Of a DNA stretch of 34,723 nucleotides, positions 24,726 to 34,723 are shown piece by piece. A model generated the notes under the pieces. That model searched no databases, was not told where the DNA came from, and worked only from the letters and a program-made list of their open reading frames with translations. Position numbers and translations under genes: made by a program. Source of the stretch: Nitrospirota bacterium (GTDB lineage: Bacteria; Nitrospirota; Thermodesulfovibrionia; Thermodesulfovibrionales; UBA6898). Every line of letters starts with the position of its first letter. The stretch's first letter is position 1. The stretch covers positions 1 through 34,723 of the forward strand of contig JAOUFP010000001.1 in assembly GCA_029858145.1 (NCBI GenBank). Direction: 5' to 3'.

Positions 24726-27410
24726 CTACTTGTCCAGCACCTCCCGTATCTTTCTTAAAATCTCCTCTGTCGTGGCAGTTTTCGATATGAAATTTAACTT
24801 CTCCTCAATGATCCCCTGGTTGTCTATTATGTCTTTCGTATATCCGCTCATAAAGAGCACCGCAGTCTCCCGACTCTCTTTTTTAATCTCCTCATACACT
24901 TCCCTGCCGTTTTTTTTGGGCATCCGCACATCGAGAAAGACAAGATCAATCTGGTCTTTCTTTTCCATAAACACCTTCACCGCGGACTCGCCGTCCCCAG
25001 CCTCCAGCACCGTATACCCCGACAGTCGCAGCACCTCGCTCATCGTCTCCCTCGCATCATGGTCATCTTCCGCCAGGAGGATCGTTTCTTTCCCTTCGGT
25101 TGCCGAAGTGACATCCCGGCTCTCTTGCTGTACTGCCTTTGCTTCCACTGCTGGAAGGTATAGCTTGAAGGTGGTCCCCTTTCCCGGCGCCGTCTCCACA
25201 TCAATAAAACCGTTGTGCTGTTTTACTATGCCATAGGTGACCGCAAGCCCCAACCCTGAGCCATGCCCCAACTCCTTTGTGGTAAAGAACGGCTCGTATA
25301 TCTTTTCCTTTATCTCCTCTTCCATCCCCACTCCTGTGTCAGAGACGCTCAACAGGACATATCTGCCGGAAACACCGTAGCCGTGCCTCTTCCTGAATTC
25401 CTCATCCATGTCTATTATTTCGGTACGAATGGTCAGTCTCCCTCCGTCCGGCATAGCATCCTGCGCATTGGTCGCGAGGTTCAGGAGAACCTGTTCTATC
25501 TGGTTGATGTCTGCCATGACTGCCGGTTTTTTGTCAGTGAGAACTATAATCATCTCTATGTCTTCGCCGATAATAGGGGATAACAGTTTCGTCCCCATAT
25601 GAATGATCCCGTTGAAATCTACGGGCCGCAGGGTGATTGTCTGTTTTCTGCTGAACGCCAGAAGATCGTGGCAAAGGCTGCTGGCTTTGTTTATGGACGA
25701 ACTGATCTGTTCAGCATATTTGATCACCGGGTTGTCCGCCTGAAGTTTTTTCAGTATGAGGTGAATGGATCCCTTTATCGTAGCGAGAATGTTGTTGAAT
25801 TCATGGGCGATCCCCCCGGCAAGGAGACCGACCGCCTCCATTTTCTGGGACTGCTGCAGCTGTTCATTCAAAACCGCCAGTTCCCGTGTGCGCTGTTCGA
25901 CCAGTTCCTCAAGATGGGCACGGTATTTTCCGAGCTCCTCTTCAGCAAGTCTGCGCTCTTTGATCTCGTCGTTGAGGCTCTCGATTGCCCTTGAAAGATC
26001 TGTTGTCCGTTCCCTTACTCTCTTTTCCAATTCTTCATAGAGCATGGCATTTTTCAGGGCGATGGAAGCCTGGTCAGCTATGGTAATCAGGAGAGAAATA
26101 TCTTCGCCCGAGAAGGCGTCCGTGGATAATTTTTCTCCGGGTATCAGTAAGAATGCAAGTTTCTCTTCTACAAATATTGGCACGAGTGCTTCCCCTTCGA
26201 AGGGCTGCAAGATCTCTGCGATGGCATGTGCCTGGTCCTCTGAAGCGGATAATTCCTCCTTAATAAATATACCCTTGCGCTTCAAATAATTTGCTGACAA
26301 AGTGCATGCTCCGGGTGGAACGGCGCCAGCCCTGACATTCGGGGCCTTGTCCTGCGCAATCCTGGAGCAGGTTATTTCAAATGATCCGTCTGCGGCGGAC
26401 AAGAGGTATGCGCTTTTCAATCTCAGAGAGTCGAAAATAGTGTCGACGATGAGTCTGCAGATGCGCTGCAGTTCGATTGTTGTCGTGAGTTTATGGCTTA
26501 TTTCCTTGACTGTGGCATAGTGGTCATACGTGGTCCTGTGGAATACCTTGTCCACCAATAACTGTATCCTGTTTTTGAGCGGCGCAAAAAGGAGGGCGAT
26601 GATAAGCGCGGAGATGACCGTGATGGTGAAAGAGGTTATACCGGTTACCTGAGACAGGTAGGTTGTCAGGATGAACACGAGAACCACAAAGAGGCCAGTG
26701 AGGAGACTGACAGAAAGTGAATAGACCACGCTTTTCCTGACCACAAGGTTGAACTCCATGATTCGATGCCGAAGGATGGCGTAGCTGAGGATAACGGCAT
26801 ACACCACTATCCCGAAATTCCCGAACGGATACAGCAAATCTATCCGGAACATCGGCAGGAATGTAGTTGTAGCGCCGACAAAGCCCATGAGAAACCCGAA
26901 CATGATATAGGAGGCCTGGGTCCGTCTGTAGCCTTTTGCTTTTCTGTAGAACTGAATGAGCAAATGGTAACTGAACAGGACAAAGAACAGATAAAGGAGG
27001 ATTGCCAGCGTGTACGCAGGCGTCACTTCATTATAAAACAAACCAAAAACATATCTGGTTTTGTTAAAGATGAGATTTGTGCCGAAGCCCAGGAAAGCAG
27101 AGACTGTTGCCTGTACGTATCCAAAGGAAAGTAATTTCCTGTTTTTGCTTCCAGTGAATTCGCCCACCAGATGATAAAACGAAGGGCCGACAAAGAAGCC
27201 GCCTAAGTTTGCACACTGCCACCCCAGTATCGCCGTGTTGCCGGTCCGGGCGATTCCTGCCAGGAAACAACCAAAACCCCAGAGGGCAACCGCAATATTG
27301 AAAAAGAGCAGGCGGCGGTGTAAACGGGTTCTGCCAAAGAGAAATGACACTGCAGACAGAAGCGCGCAGGTGATTCCAACGCCAAGACCTGCCGCGGCAA
27401 AGAGATTCAT
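24726..27410 (-). CDS. Hybrid sensor histidine kinase/response regulator (7TM N-domain, GAF-like, HisKA, HATPase, REC)
   Basis: 894 aa with about seven N-terminal TM helices, a coiled coil, H-box [27 protein letters not shown] and GSGLGL boxes, and REC ([18 protein letters not shown]). Confidence 0.9.
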   Translation of the reverse strand: MNLFAAAGLGVGITCALLSAVSFLFGRTRLHRRLLFFNIAVALWGFGCFLAGIARTGNTAILGWQCANLGGFFVGPSFYHLVGEFTGSKNRKLLSFGYVQATVSAFLGFGTNLIFNKTRYVFGLFYNEVTPAYTLAILLYLFFVLFSYHLLIQFYRKAKGYRRTQASYIMFGFLMGFVGATTTFLPMFRIDLLYPFGNFGIVVYAVILSYAILRHRIMEFNLVVRKSVVYSLSVSLLTGLFVVLVFILTTYLSQVTGITSFTITVISALIIALLFAPLKNRIQLLVDKVFHRTTYDHYATVKEISHKLTTTIELQRICRLIVDTIFDSLRLKSAYLLSAADGSFEITCSRIAQDKAPNVRAGAVPPGACTLSANYLKRKGIFIKEELSASEDQAHAIAEILQPFEGEALVPIFVEEKLAFLLIPGEKLSTDAFSGEDISLLITIADQASIALKNAMLYEELEKRVRERTTDLSRAIESLNDEIKERRLAEEELGKYRAHLEELVEQRTRELAVLNEQLQQSQKMEAVGLLAGGIAHEFNNILATIKGSIHLILKKLQADNPVIKYAEQISSSINKASSLCHDLLAFSRKQTITLRPVDFNGIIHMGTKLLSPIIGEDIEMIIVLTDKKPAVMADINQIEQVLLNLATNAQDAMPDGGRLTIRTEIIDMDEEFRKRHGYGVSGRYVLLSVSDTGVGMEEEIKEKIYEPFFTTKELGHGSGLGLAVTYGIVKQHNGFIDVETAPGKGTTFKLYLPAVEAKAVQQESRDVTSATEGKETILLAEDDHDARETMSEVLRLSGYTVLEAGDGESAVKVFMEKKDQIDLVFLDVRMPKKNGREVYEEIKKESRETAVLFMSGYTKDIIDNQGIIEEKLNFISKTATTEEILRKIREVLDK

Positions 27411-27670
27411 ATGAAATATCGCTGCGGCATAAGATAAAACAAAAGAGACGAAACGCCCCCCGAATGATACCTCATGCTGAACACTGTTATCCGCATCTTA
27501 TCCCCCGGTGTTTTCTTCCATTCCGGAAAAAACGTTCGCAATCGGCTTTCCGGCAGGAAAAATATCCATTGTCGGCATTTTGAGGCTGACCGCAATCAGG
27601 CAAGTATCAGGGTTTTCATAACTGATTCGACATTGACTGAAAAATCTTCCCTCTGCCTTGCCCCTGTAAT

Positions 27671-28270
27671 CTATTTCACCCCGAAGATCCAAAGCCACAG
27701 AAATTTGGAGTATTCATTCAAAACCATCGACCTGTCTCGTCTTCTCTTCCACCAATCTTCGAATGTGAACCAGCTTTTTTCCACCGGAGCGCTTATGATT
27801 TTGATGTCGTTTCCCATTACTTTCCGGAAAATGGTAAATGCCCTTTTGCTGTGATAGGGAGAGGTGACTAGGATAAGGGATTTGTACCCGCGCTTCTGAA
27901 AGATTTCCTTCGTGTACTTCGCATTTTCTTCAGTGTTTCTCGATTTGTCTTCAAGCAGAATGTTCTTTCCCGGAATCCCGAGATACTCCGCATGCTCTTT
28001 CATGAGGGAGGCCCAGGAGTATTTCCAGACAAGCGGGCCTCCGGACATGATGATCCGGTCTTTCTTGGCCCAGTCGTCACGGTAAAGATAGACGCCATAT
28101 TCGACACGCTCCTTTTCATCGCCTGCGAGGATGACGATAACGTCGGCTGGTTTCAGTTCATCTTTCTGGTAAAGAATTCTCCCCGCTTTATCAAGAAGAA
28201 AGGGATGAACGAAAAAGACGAGTGCAGCCAATATGAGTAATAGAATAATAACTTTAAGGCATTTGAACAT
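27671..28270 (-). CDS. YdcF/ElyC/SanA (DUF218) family protein
   Basis: VIVILAGDEKERV and TSPYHSKRA blocks with an N-terminal TM helix. I prefer the ATG giving MFKCLKV (28270, with GGGAGG upstream) over the ATG at 28285. Confidence 0.8.
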   Translation of the reverse strand: MFKCLKVIILLLILAALVFFVHPFLLDKAGRILYQKDELKPADVIVILAGDEKERVEYGVYLYRDDWAKKDRIIMSGGPLVWKYSWASLMKEHAEYLGIPGKNILLEDKSRNTEENAKYTKEIFQKRGYKSLILVTSPYHSKRAFTIFRKVMGNDIKIISAPVEKSWFTFEDWWKRRRDRSMVLNEYSKFLWLWIFGVK

Positions 28271-28428
28271 AGTTCCTCCCGCCATAACATTTTATTAAGT
28301 CTGACCGGTACCGTCTTTTTGCAGACCAAACAGCGACTTCGGGCAAAAAATCAAGGCACGGGGCATGCAGAAAAGATGTTGTGAGTCGCGGTAATCCCGG
28401 CATAAAAACAGCAGCAGGCTCATGGATA

Positions 28429-28454
28429 GAAAAAATCCTGAGGCGGCCCTCAGG
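28429..28454 (-). terminator. Intrinsic terminator (minus strand)
   Basis: The minus strand reads CCTGAGG, GCCG loop, CCTCAGG, then ATTTTTTC. The stem is 7 bp and GC-rich, followed by six T. Confidence 0.65.
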
Positions 28455-28745
28455 CAGACCGGGCTGACTTGGCGGCATGTGTCGATGCAGGACTGAAGTC
28501 AAACTCATCCTCCCTCAAGATGTCAGAAAATCAGTCTTTCCGTCCGGCACAAGGATGTACGGCTATGCGGTCCGCTTTTTTTTGTGCGCCTTCCGAAATA
28601 CAACAAACCGGCCTCACCAATGAACAAATGCCGGCTGGAGAAACAGCGGACAATCCGTGCCGCGAAACAGAACAGCGGTGTACATTTTCAAATCAGCGCC
28701 CCGATTATCTTTTTGAGGGGAAGAGCGTCCGGAATAACCTGTCTG

Positions 28746-29903
28746 CTATTTGTTGCGCGCCGCCTCTTTGATGATCGCCTGTCCGATAACGTTTCTCTGT
28801 ATCTGGTTCGTGCCTTCGTATATCTGGAGTATCTTTGCGTCTCTCATCATCTTTTCGAGAGGATACTCTTTCATGTATCCGGAGCCCCCTGTGACCTGAA
28901 GCGCGTCAGTGGTCACTTTCATCGCGGTATCCGTTGCAAAGAGCTTGGCCATCGCGGATTCCTTCGAGACATCCTTTGCCCCGCTGTCTATGAACCGCGC
29001 AACAGAGTAAACGAGGGAGCGGGAGGCCTCAATAGAGGTAGCCATATCGGCAAGCATATGCTGTATCGCCTGGAAGCTTATAATTGGATGTCCGAACTGG
29101 ACCCTCTTCCGGGCAAATTTTACCGCCTCTTCGTAGGCACCCTGTGCAACTCCAACACCCTGCGCTCCAACACCTGTTCTCGAGCTGTCGAGGGTCTTCA
29201 TCGCGACGAGGAAACCGGCACCATCCTTTCCGATAAGGTTTTCCTTCGGGATTCTGCAGTTATCGAAGATAAGCTCGGTTGTCGCGGAAGCCCGTATCCC
29301 CATTTTGTTTTCTTTTTTCCCGAATGTAAAGCCAGGGGTTCCTTTTTCAACAACGAATGCGGAAGCGCCACGGGGGCCTTTTGAACGGTCGGTGATCGCT
29401 ATTATGGTATAAATCTCAGCTTCGCCGCCATTTGTTATCCACTGCTTTGTGCCGTTTATGATGTATTCGTTCCCATCGAGTTTTGCGGTAGTCTGGGTCC
29501 CTCCGGCGTCACTTCCCGCGTTGGCTTCCGTCAGCCCGAAGGCCACGAGTTTTTCCCCTGCCGCGATATCAGGAAGATATTTCTTCTTCTGGGCATCCGT
29601 GCCAAAAAGCAGTATGGGGTATGTGCCCAGCGCATTTGCAGCGTACGTTGTTGAAACCCCGAGACAGGCACGCGACAACTCCTCGACAGCGATGCAGAGC
29701 TCGAGGCTGGCCTTTCCAAGACCGCCGTATTCTTCAGGAATGAAGAGTCCAAAGAGATCTGACTGAGCGAGAACTTTCATGATGTCCCAGGGAAATTCGC
29801 CTGTTTCATCCAATTCAGCCCTTACAGGCACGATTTTCTCTTCAGCGACCTGTCGTGCCAGGTCTCTGATCATGATCTGTTCTTCACTCAAAAAGTAGTC
29901 CAT
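28746..29903 (-). CDS. Acyl-CoA dehydrogenase (short/medium-chain, butyryl-CoA dehydrogenase-like)
   Basis: 385 aa with GLTEANAGSDAGG, WITNGG, and YEGTNQIQR near the C-terminus. GGTGGAGG lies upstream of the ATG. Confidence 0.92.
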   Translation of the reverse strand: MDYFLSEEQIMIRDLARQVAEEKIVPVRAELDETGEFPWDIMKVLAQSDLFGLFIPEEYGGLGKASLELCIAVEELSRACLGVSTTYAANALGTYPILLFGTDAQKKKYLPDIAAGEKLVAFGLTEANAGSDAGGTQTTAKLDGNEYIINGTKQWITNGGEAEIYTIIAITDRSKGPRGASAFVVEKGTPGFTFGKKENKMGIRASATTELIFDNCRIPKENLIGKDGAGFLVAMKTLDSSRTGVGAQGVGVAQGAYEEAVKFARKRVQFGHPIISFQAIQHMLADMATSIEASRSLVYSVARFIDSGAKDVSKESAMAKLFATDTAMKVTTDALQVTGGSGYMKEYPLEKMMRDAKILQIYEGTNQIQRNVIGQAIIKEAARNK

Positions 29904-30002
29904 TCTATTGTACCTCCACCTTTAAAAAACTCAATCTTATCTGGAATTTATAATGACAACCATTGTAACAAAAAAGAGATAAAATATGAAAGAAGATATA
30001 TT

Positions 30003-31181
30003 TCACAGAAGACGGCGCATAGCACGGAAATATTCCTTTCTGCATTTTTGCTCGACGGTTCTCATGACATCGAACGGTGTGCTGAAGTTATCGCTGCCGG
30101 CGATAAAAATGCCGTGCCCGTAGACGATAACCGCGTTCCTGCCGGCCATGGCCTCCGGCACTGTGTGAGCAAGGCCTGTGGGGCCGGTCCCGATCTCGCC
30201 GGAGACAACAGGGATGCCGTCGATAAAACGCGGTATGCGGCAGGTTTTATAGCAGGTAGAAAGATCGCATCCCTCCCGCCTGCAGGACATGGATTGTATG
30301 ACCGTGAATTTGGGGTGGCCGTGAATGATCGCTTTTTTCCCGGTGGCCCTGTAGATGCCTATATGCGCCGAGAGTTCCGAGGACGCGGTTATCCCGGCAG
30401 AAGAAGACCCGTCGAGAGGCACGGCGTCAATGCAGGTCTCGAGCTCATCCAGGGAACTCCCGGTCTGGCTGATATAGATCTTATTCCCATGGACGTATGA
30501 GATATTTCCGAAGTACGAGTCCACGAGCCTGTTGTCAACAAGCGCCGTGCCGGTCTTTACGATAGAGGCGTAAACATCGTCTTCCTGTTCCGGAACGCGG
30601 GGGGCAACGGGATTTTCTGATATGCCATCCGGGGGTAATTTGCTGACGATATCGTGGAACGACCTGCGTGTCCTTTCATCTGCCGGCAGGTTTTTTTTTC
30701 TGCAGTCCTCCAGGGAGAACATGATATCCGTAAAGAATTTTACAAAGGCCGAGAAGCAGGCAGAACTGAATGATACAAAGGCCTGCTCAGGGCTTACCGT
30801 GCCATGTGCGACAATGCCTTTTCCCCTGATTATCGCCGCCTTTCTGCGCGACAATGCCTTGAAAATTTCAGAAGCCTTCAATTCTTCTATAACCGGAATG
30901 TCATGAAGGAATGTTCTGGTTTCACAATCCGAAGGGGTCAGTTTTTCTTCTCCCTGTTCCGTAAGAGAACAGATGATACTCCGGTATGGCTCAGCCGGTT
31001 CCGCATAGAGGAGGCTGTTGATGTTCATCATTTCAAAGACCCTTGCGAGTTCGGTACTGCCGGCTTCTGAAGGTCTGTTCGATTCCAGTTCTGCGTCCAG
31101 CCCGAGAAAGAAGATGCTGTCTTCCCCGGCCAGCCCCTGGCGGACCATTTTTGTTATATATTTATCGAGTAATCTTTTCAT
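30003..31181 (-). CDS. Class II aldolase/adducin-domain protein with a duplicated, partly degenerate architecture
   Basis: The C-terminal half has GNISYV, ISQTGSS, IIHGHPKF and VIVYGHGIFIAGSD. The N-terminal half has a related AIIRGKGIVAHGTVSPEQAF block without the His residues. Confidence 0.75.
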   Translation of the reverse strand: MKRLLDKYITKMVRQGLAGEDSIFFLGLDAELESNRPSEAGSTELARVFEMMNINSLLYAEPAEPYRSIICSLTEQGEEKLTPSDCETRTFLHDIPVIEELKASEIFKALSRRKAAIIRGKGIVAHGTVSPEQAFVSFSSACFSAFVKFFTDIMFSLEDCRKKNLPADERTRRSFHDIVSKLPPDGISENPVAPRVPEQEDDVYASIVKTGTALVDNRLVDSYFGNISYVHGNKIYISQTGSSLDELETCIDAVPLDGSSSAGITASSELSAHIGIYRATGKKAIIHGHPKFTVIQSMSCRREGCDLSTCYKTCRIPRFIDGIPVVSGEIGTGPTGLAHTVPEAMAGRNAVIVYGHGIFIAGSDNFSTPFDVMRTVEQKCRKEYFRAMRRLL

Positions 31182-31273
31182 GCCTCAGAACGATGGAATA
31201 TGTTGTGCAGGACAGGCCTGAAAATCATGGACAGGACAAGTTGCGCCATACCGCATCTTCCGTCTTTCTGTAT

Positions 31274-33034
31274 TCACAGATATTCCCCAAGGCCGAGACT
31301 GACTAAAAGGTCGCTGTCCGGCACACCGTTTTGGCCGTATCCCCTCGCCCGGTAATAATTGTTTCGGGCCGCAAGAAATTCCTCCCTGTCCAGAGGTTTT
31401 ACCTGTATGTTGGGAGATGATGAGCCCTCCTCGGCAAAGAATCTCTCCGGCAGGTCGTCATCGTTTATATCGAAGCCATTTAAAGAATTAAGATGCCGTT
31501 CGAGGACGTAGATCCTTTCCCCGGTCTTAAGAAGGGACTGCGCGTCATGATCCATGCCGGTGACCGCTGAAACGGCCTTCGCGTATTCTTCCAGAGATGC
31601 CGCGAAAAAAACAAACTTGCACGCGGTGATTGAATCGACGACCGCGTTCATATCCTCCGCTATCTTTATGATCCGCGCCTTTCCCTCAAATGAGAAACGG
31701 TCGGTCGCGACGGGTTTTCTCAATATCTCATGGCTTATCGGATAGGCGCGCAGGTGACATCCTCCCCTGTTCGAAGTTGCATAGGCGAGCGCCATGCCGT
31801 ACGCTCCACGCGGATCATAAGCCGGCAGTTCGAGCCCCTTGACGGACATGCTCAGCTGCTGCCTGCCCTGAAGCTGTGCGTACCGGTACGAACCTTCCGC
31901 GAGAGCTTCTCCCGGACCTTTTTCGCGCATCGCGATCTTTTTGATAAGAGCGAGCATTTCATCGGGACCGGGTACGGCGCCTTCCAGTTCAGCATAGCAT
32001 GATAGCGTCGAGGCGGTACTTATGGTATCCATCCCGAAATCATTACAGAGCCTGTTTGCCTCTATTATTGATTCGACGTCATTATTGCCGTTCAAGGCCC
32101 CGAAGTGGGAAACCGTCTCATATTCCGGGATGATCTCTCCCCTTTCCCCGACTTTCTTACAGAGGACGGGACAGCCCGCGCATCCGGTTTTTTTGGTTTT
32201 ATAGCGGTTCTTCAGTCTGTAACCCGAATATGACGAGGCAAAGTCATAGAACGTTGCCCTGAAGTTATCAGTAGGTTCCATCCGCCGTGAGTGGATGAGA
32301 TCGACGAACGCGGAAGTGCCGAATTCAGAGAGCCCCAGCTCTCCAAAGACCGCCTGTGAAGCCCTCAGCAATCTCATAATTTCTTCACGGGCCTTCTGAA
32401 GTTCTTCCCGGTCATATACCGGTACGGCGCCGTCTCCCTTTACTTTTATCGCCTTTATTCTCTTTGCTCCCATGACAGCGCCGAGACCGCCCCTGCCCGC
32501 GAGATAATGGCCGTCAAAGACAATCGACGCGAATTTAACTCCCTTTTCACCGGCGATTCCGATAACGGCATCCGATCCTTTTCCCCCGATCAGCTTTCTT
32601 ACCTCTTCGACGTTTTTCCCGGTGAGTCTTTCTGCGTCCTCGACAGTGGCCCTGCCGTTTTCTATAGTGAGCGTAACCCCGCTGTCTGCTATGCCGACAA
32701 TTTCTATGCAGTCAAAGCCTGCCTTTTTCAGCGCTGTCCCGAATTTCCCTCCAACAGAGCAGTCCATTACGGTGCCGGTGAGGGGGGAGCGGGATATGAC
32801 GGACGAGCGTCCGGAAGTTGGGGCGGCTGTCCCCACCAGAGGCCCTGACGAAAAGATGAGCGGCATATCAGGGGAGTCGAATTCATTAAGTATCCGTTTG
32901 CCGAGCAGGGCAACGCCGAAGCCTCTTCCCCCCATGAATTTTTTATTCAGACCGGTAGGTGTACTGATGATCTCGGTTTTTTTTAGCCTGAGGTCAACTC
33001 TGAGGGTTTTAGAAGTGTAGCCGTACATTTGCAT
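31274..33034 (-). CDS. Aldehyde:ferredoxin oxidoreductase family (tungstopterin) enzyme
   Basis: YGYTSKTLRVDL N-terminus, GGRGFG, GCAGCPVLCKK cluster cysteines, and GMDTIS. The start is ambiguous among TTG 33061, ATG 33034 and ATG 33028. Confidence 0.9.
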   Translation of the reverse strand: MQMYGYTSKTLRVDLRLKKTEIISTPTGLNKKFMGGRGFGVALLGKRILNEFDSPDMPLIFSSGPLVGTAAPTSGRSSVISRSPLTGTVMDCSVGGKFGTALKKAGFDCIEIVGIADSGVTLTIENGRATVEDAERLTGKNVEEVRKLIGGKGSDAVIGIAGEKGVKFASIVFDGHYLAGRGGLGAVMGAKRIKAIKVKGDGAVPVYDREELQKAREEIMRLLRASQAVFGELGLSEFGTSAFVDLIHSRRMEPTDNFRATFYDFASSYSGYRLKNRYKTKKTGCAGCPVLCKKVGERGEIIPEYETVSHFGALNGNNDVESIIEANRLCNDFGMDTISTASTLSCYAELEGAVPGPDEMLALIKKIAMREKGPGEALAEGSYRYAQLQGRQQLSMSVKGLELPAYDPRGAYGMALAYATSNRGGCHLRAYPISHEILRKPVATDRFSFEGKARIIKIAEDMNAVVDSITACKFVFFAASLEEYAKAVSAVTGMDHDAQSLLKTGERIYVLERHLNSLNGFDINDDDLPERFFAEEGSSSPNIQVKPLDREEFLAARNNYYRARGYGQNGVPDSDLLVSLGLGEYL

Positions 33035-33085
33035 TTTACCCGTAAAGGAAAATTCTTCCAATTCATTCCGTCTGCATGAAATCTT

Positions 33086-34426
33086 TCAGGCGCTGACATC
33101 GACATCTGATATGAGCAGACTCGGTGCCCCCATAGATCCATAAAATGTCAGGTCATTTCCCGCAGCAGCGACCTTGCTGAAGAATTCGAGAATATTGCCT
33201 GAGATAACCGCTTCTTTTACGGGGAATTGTATCTCTCCGCCTTCGATCCAGAGTCCTGTTACCCCAACAGAAAAATCGCCGGAAATCGGATTCGCGGTGT
33301 GGACACCCATCGCGTCGACTATATATAATCCCCTGTCCAGTGTCTTGAATAAATCTTTTTTGCAAGGACTTTTGCCTGAGGAGGAGGGCTCGATAAAAAG
33401 ATTTGTAATGCCCACTGAAGGCAGTGTGGAAAAACCGCCTCTTGCGGCGTTTCCGGTTGAGTGTGTGCCTCCCCTTCTGGCGGTATAGGTGTTGTAGAGA
33501 TATCCCTGAAGCACGCCTTCGCGCACTAAAAACTTTTCCCTGGTGGTGACACCCTCGGCGTCGACCGGGCTGCTGCCCAGCTTGCCCGGCAGAAGGCCGC
33601 TGTCAACAATATTTATCAAGTGGCTGATGATCCTCTTTCCCAGCTTGTCTTTCAGAAGGGACTTGCCTTTCTGAAGGGAATCCGAGGAGAAGGAGGAGGC
33701 GAATATGCTGAGAAAGTCAACCGCCACCGAATTGTCGAGGATAATGCCGGTGCGCCTTTCTGTAATAGTCCTCGCGCCGAGCAATTGCACCGCGCGCTCT
33801 GCCGCGGTCCTTCCCGTGTTTTCAAAAGAGACGTCGCGCAGGAATCTGCTCCCCGAAAAATCCCATCCCGTCTGGCTCTCCTGTCCGTCTTCTGCGATGG
33901 CCATGATCTGCGCCGAACAGGATGTTGAATGGTAGTGCGCCCTTACGGACTTCGAGTTGACGATGTATGTCTCCGCACTGGTGAATGAACCCGAGGCCTT
34001 TCGTACCTTTTTTATCCTGCTGTCGGCAGCAAAGGCCGATTTTTCAAGAAGTCTGGCGAGACTGATAGCGTCATTTTCCCGCAGGTCCGCGAGTGCAGGG
34101 TCGTATACCTCGATCTGCGCAGGCGCGGAGGAATCGGGAAGTCCCAGCCAGATATCTTCATCGGAATAAGCTGCCGCCCCGACAGCCTGCGTTATGACAG
34201 AATCCTTTTCATTCAGGTCCGTTGCATACGCGAATCCGAGCCGTTTATTCTTTATCACACGAAGGGAATAGCCATGGCTCAACGACGATGACAGCGAATC
34301 TACCGCCTGGCCCTTGACGTCCACGGAAAGATTTTTAAAGGCTTTGAAGAATACCTCAGCCTCATCAACCCCTTTTTTGACAGCCTGTGAAACGATCTCT
34401 TCGGCAAAGGCAAGATCAATCTTCAT
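33086..34426 (-). CDS. TldD/PmbA family metalloprotease/modulator
   Basis: 446 aa with family-typical blocks (LRVIKNKRLGFAYATD, GDFSVGVTGLWIEGGE). Confidence 0.88.
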   Translation of the reverse strand: MKIDLAFAEEIVSQAVKKGVDEAEVFFKAFKNLSVDVKGQAVDSLSSSLSHGYSLRVIKNKRLGFAYATDLNEKDSVITQAVGAAAYSDEDIWLGLPDSSAPAQIEVYDPALADLRENDAISLARLLEKSAFAADSRIKKVRKASGSFTSAETYIVNSKSVRAHYHSTSCSAQIMAIAEDGQESQTGWDFSGSRFLRDVSFENTGRTAAERAVQLLGARTITERRTGIILDNSVAVDFLSIFASSFSSDSLQKGKSLLKDKLGKRIISHLINIVDSGLLPGKLGSSPVDAEGVTTREKFLVREGVLQGYLYNTYTARRGGTHSTGNAARGGFSTLPSVGITNLFIEPSSSGKSPCKKDLFKTLDRGLYIVDAMGVHTANPISGDFSVGVTGLWIEGGEIQFPVKEAVISGNILEFFSKVAAAGNDLTFYGSMGAPSLLISDVDVSA

Positions 34427-34723
34427 AGTAAGACGCGGAGGCGGTATCCGACTCCCACACAGTTACAGCAGAGACGCGCAGATTGTCATCATTGATTTTT
34501 TTCTTCATGGAGTCGAAGATCCATTTCGCGATATTCTCAGAAGACGGATTTTTCTCCGTAAAGGGAAAAATGTCGTTCAAAAAGGCGTGGTCAAGAGGGG
34601 ACACTACTTCATTGGCTATTTTTTTCAGTTCGTGAAAATCTATGGCGATATCGATGTCATTCAGCCGTTCTGCCGTAACGTTGATCTGCACCTTCCAGTT
34701 GTGACCATGCAGGTTTTCGCATT
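34416..34723 (-). CDS. queD: 6-carboxytetrahydropterin synthase / PTPS family, 5' end cut by the window edge
   Basis: Reading past the ORF-track start gives CENLHGHNWKVQINV, the QueD/PTPS signature. The reading frame stays open to position 34721. It overlaps the downstream gene by 11 nt. Confidence 0.85.
   Translation of the reverse strand, partial: CENLHGHNWKVQINVTAERLNDIDIAIDFHELKKIANEVVSPLDHAFLNDIFPFTEKNPSSENIAKWIFDSMKKKINDDNLRVSAVTVWESDTASASYYED

Noticed and set aside
28254-28508. 84-aa minus-strand ORF between the acyl-CoA dehydrogenase and DUF218 genes.
   Set aside because: It reads through the stem of the best terminator in the region and into the start of the DUF218 gene. Its GGGAGG abuts the ATG with no spacer.
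1-34723. Looked for CRISPR arrays, rRNA, tandem repeats, reverse transcriptases, integron attC sites and recognisable defence or toxin-antitoxin genes.
   Set aside because: I found no regularly spaced direct repeats, no rRNA-like conserved blocks and no such protein motifs. The only interspersed repeats seen are the ~200-bp MITE-like pair and the IS terminal repeats.

Overview
Bacterial chromosomal segment, tightly packed and mostly on the minus strand, from an apparently anaerobic lineage (tungsten-type aldehyde:ferredoxin oxidoreductase, DUF362 Fe-S protein, HCP-associated redox-disulfide protein). It mixes housekeeping genes (nfo, rsmI, nadE, rlmN, an RluA-family synthase, an FKBP PPIase, partial queD, a TldD/PmbA protease) with dense signalling: two hybrid histidine kinases, a PAS-GGDEF cyclase, a REC protein with a zinc-ribbon tail, and a Crp/Fnr regulator. 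Four things stand out. (1) A 1371-bp IS110-family element (13632-15002) sits inside a ~200-bp MITE-like repeat, and an uninterrupted paralogous copy of that repeat lies at the window start (4-204). This fixes the IS ends to within a few bp and leaves a 250-bp non-coding arm as a guide-RNA candidate. (2) An eight-gene, translationally coupled plus-strand operon (18613-24681) encodes an acyltransferase, ketoreductase, ACP, an atypical hotdog protein, a thioesterase, an MMPL exporter and a GT2 glycosyltransferase, but no ketosynthase. I consider this the best candidate for an uncharacterised lipid or glycolipid synthesis and export system. (3) A divergent promoter carries two ATGAC-N4-GTCAT palindromes placed mirror-symmetrically next to the Crp/Fnr gene. 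(4) A ModA-like binding protein is translationally coupled to a hybrid kinase with no ABC transporter nearby. I saw no rRNA, tRNA or CRISPR array. All functional calls rest on motif recognition by eye in the supplied translations. No database search was run.
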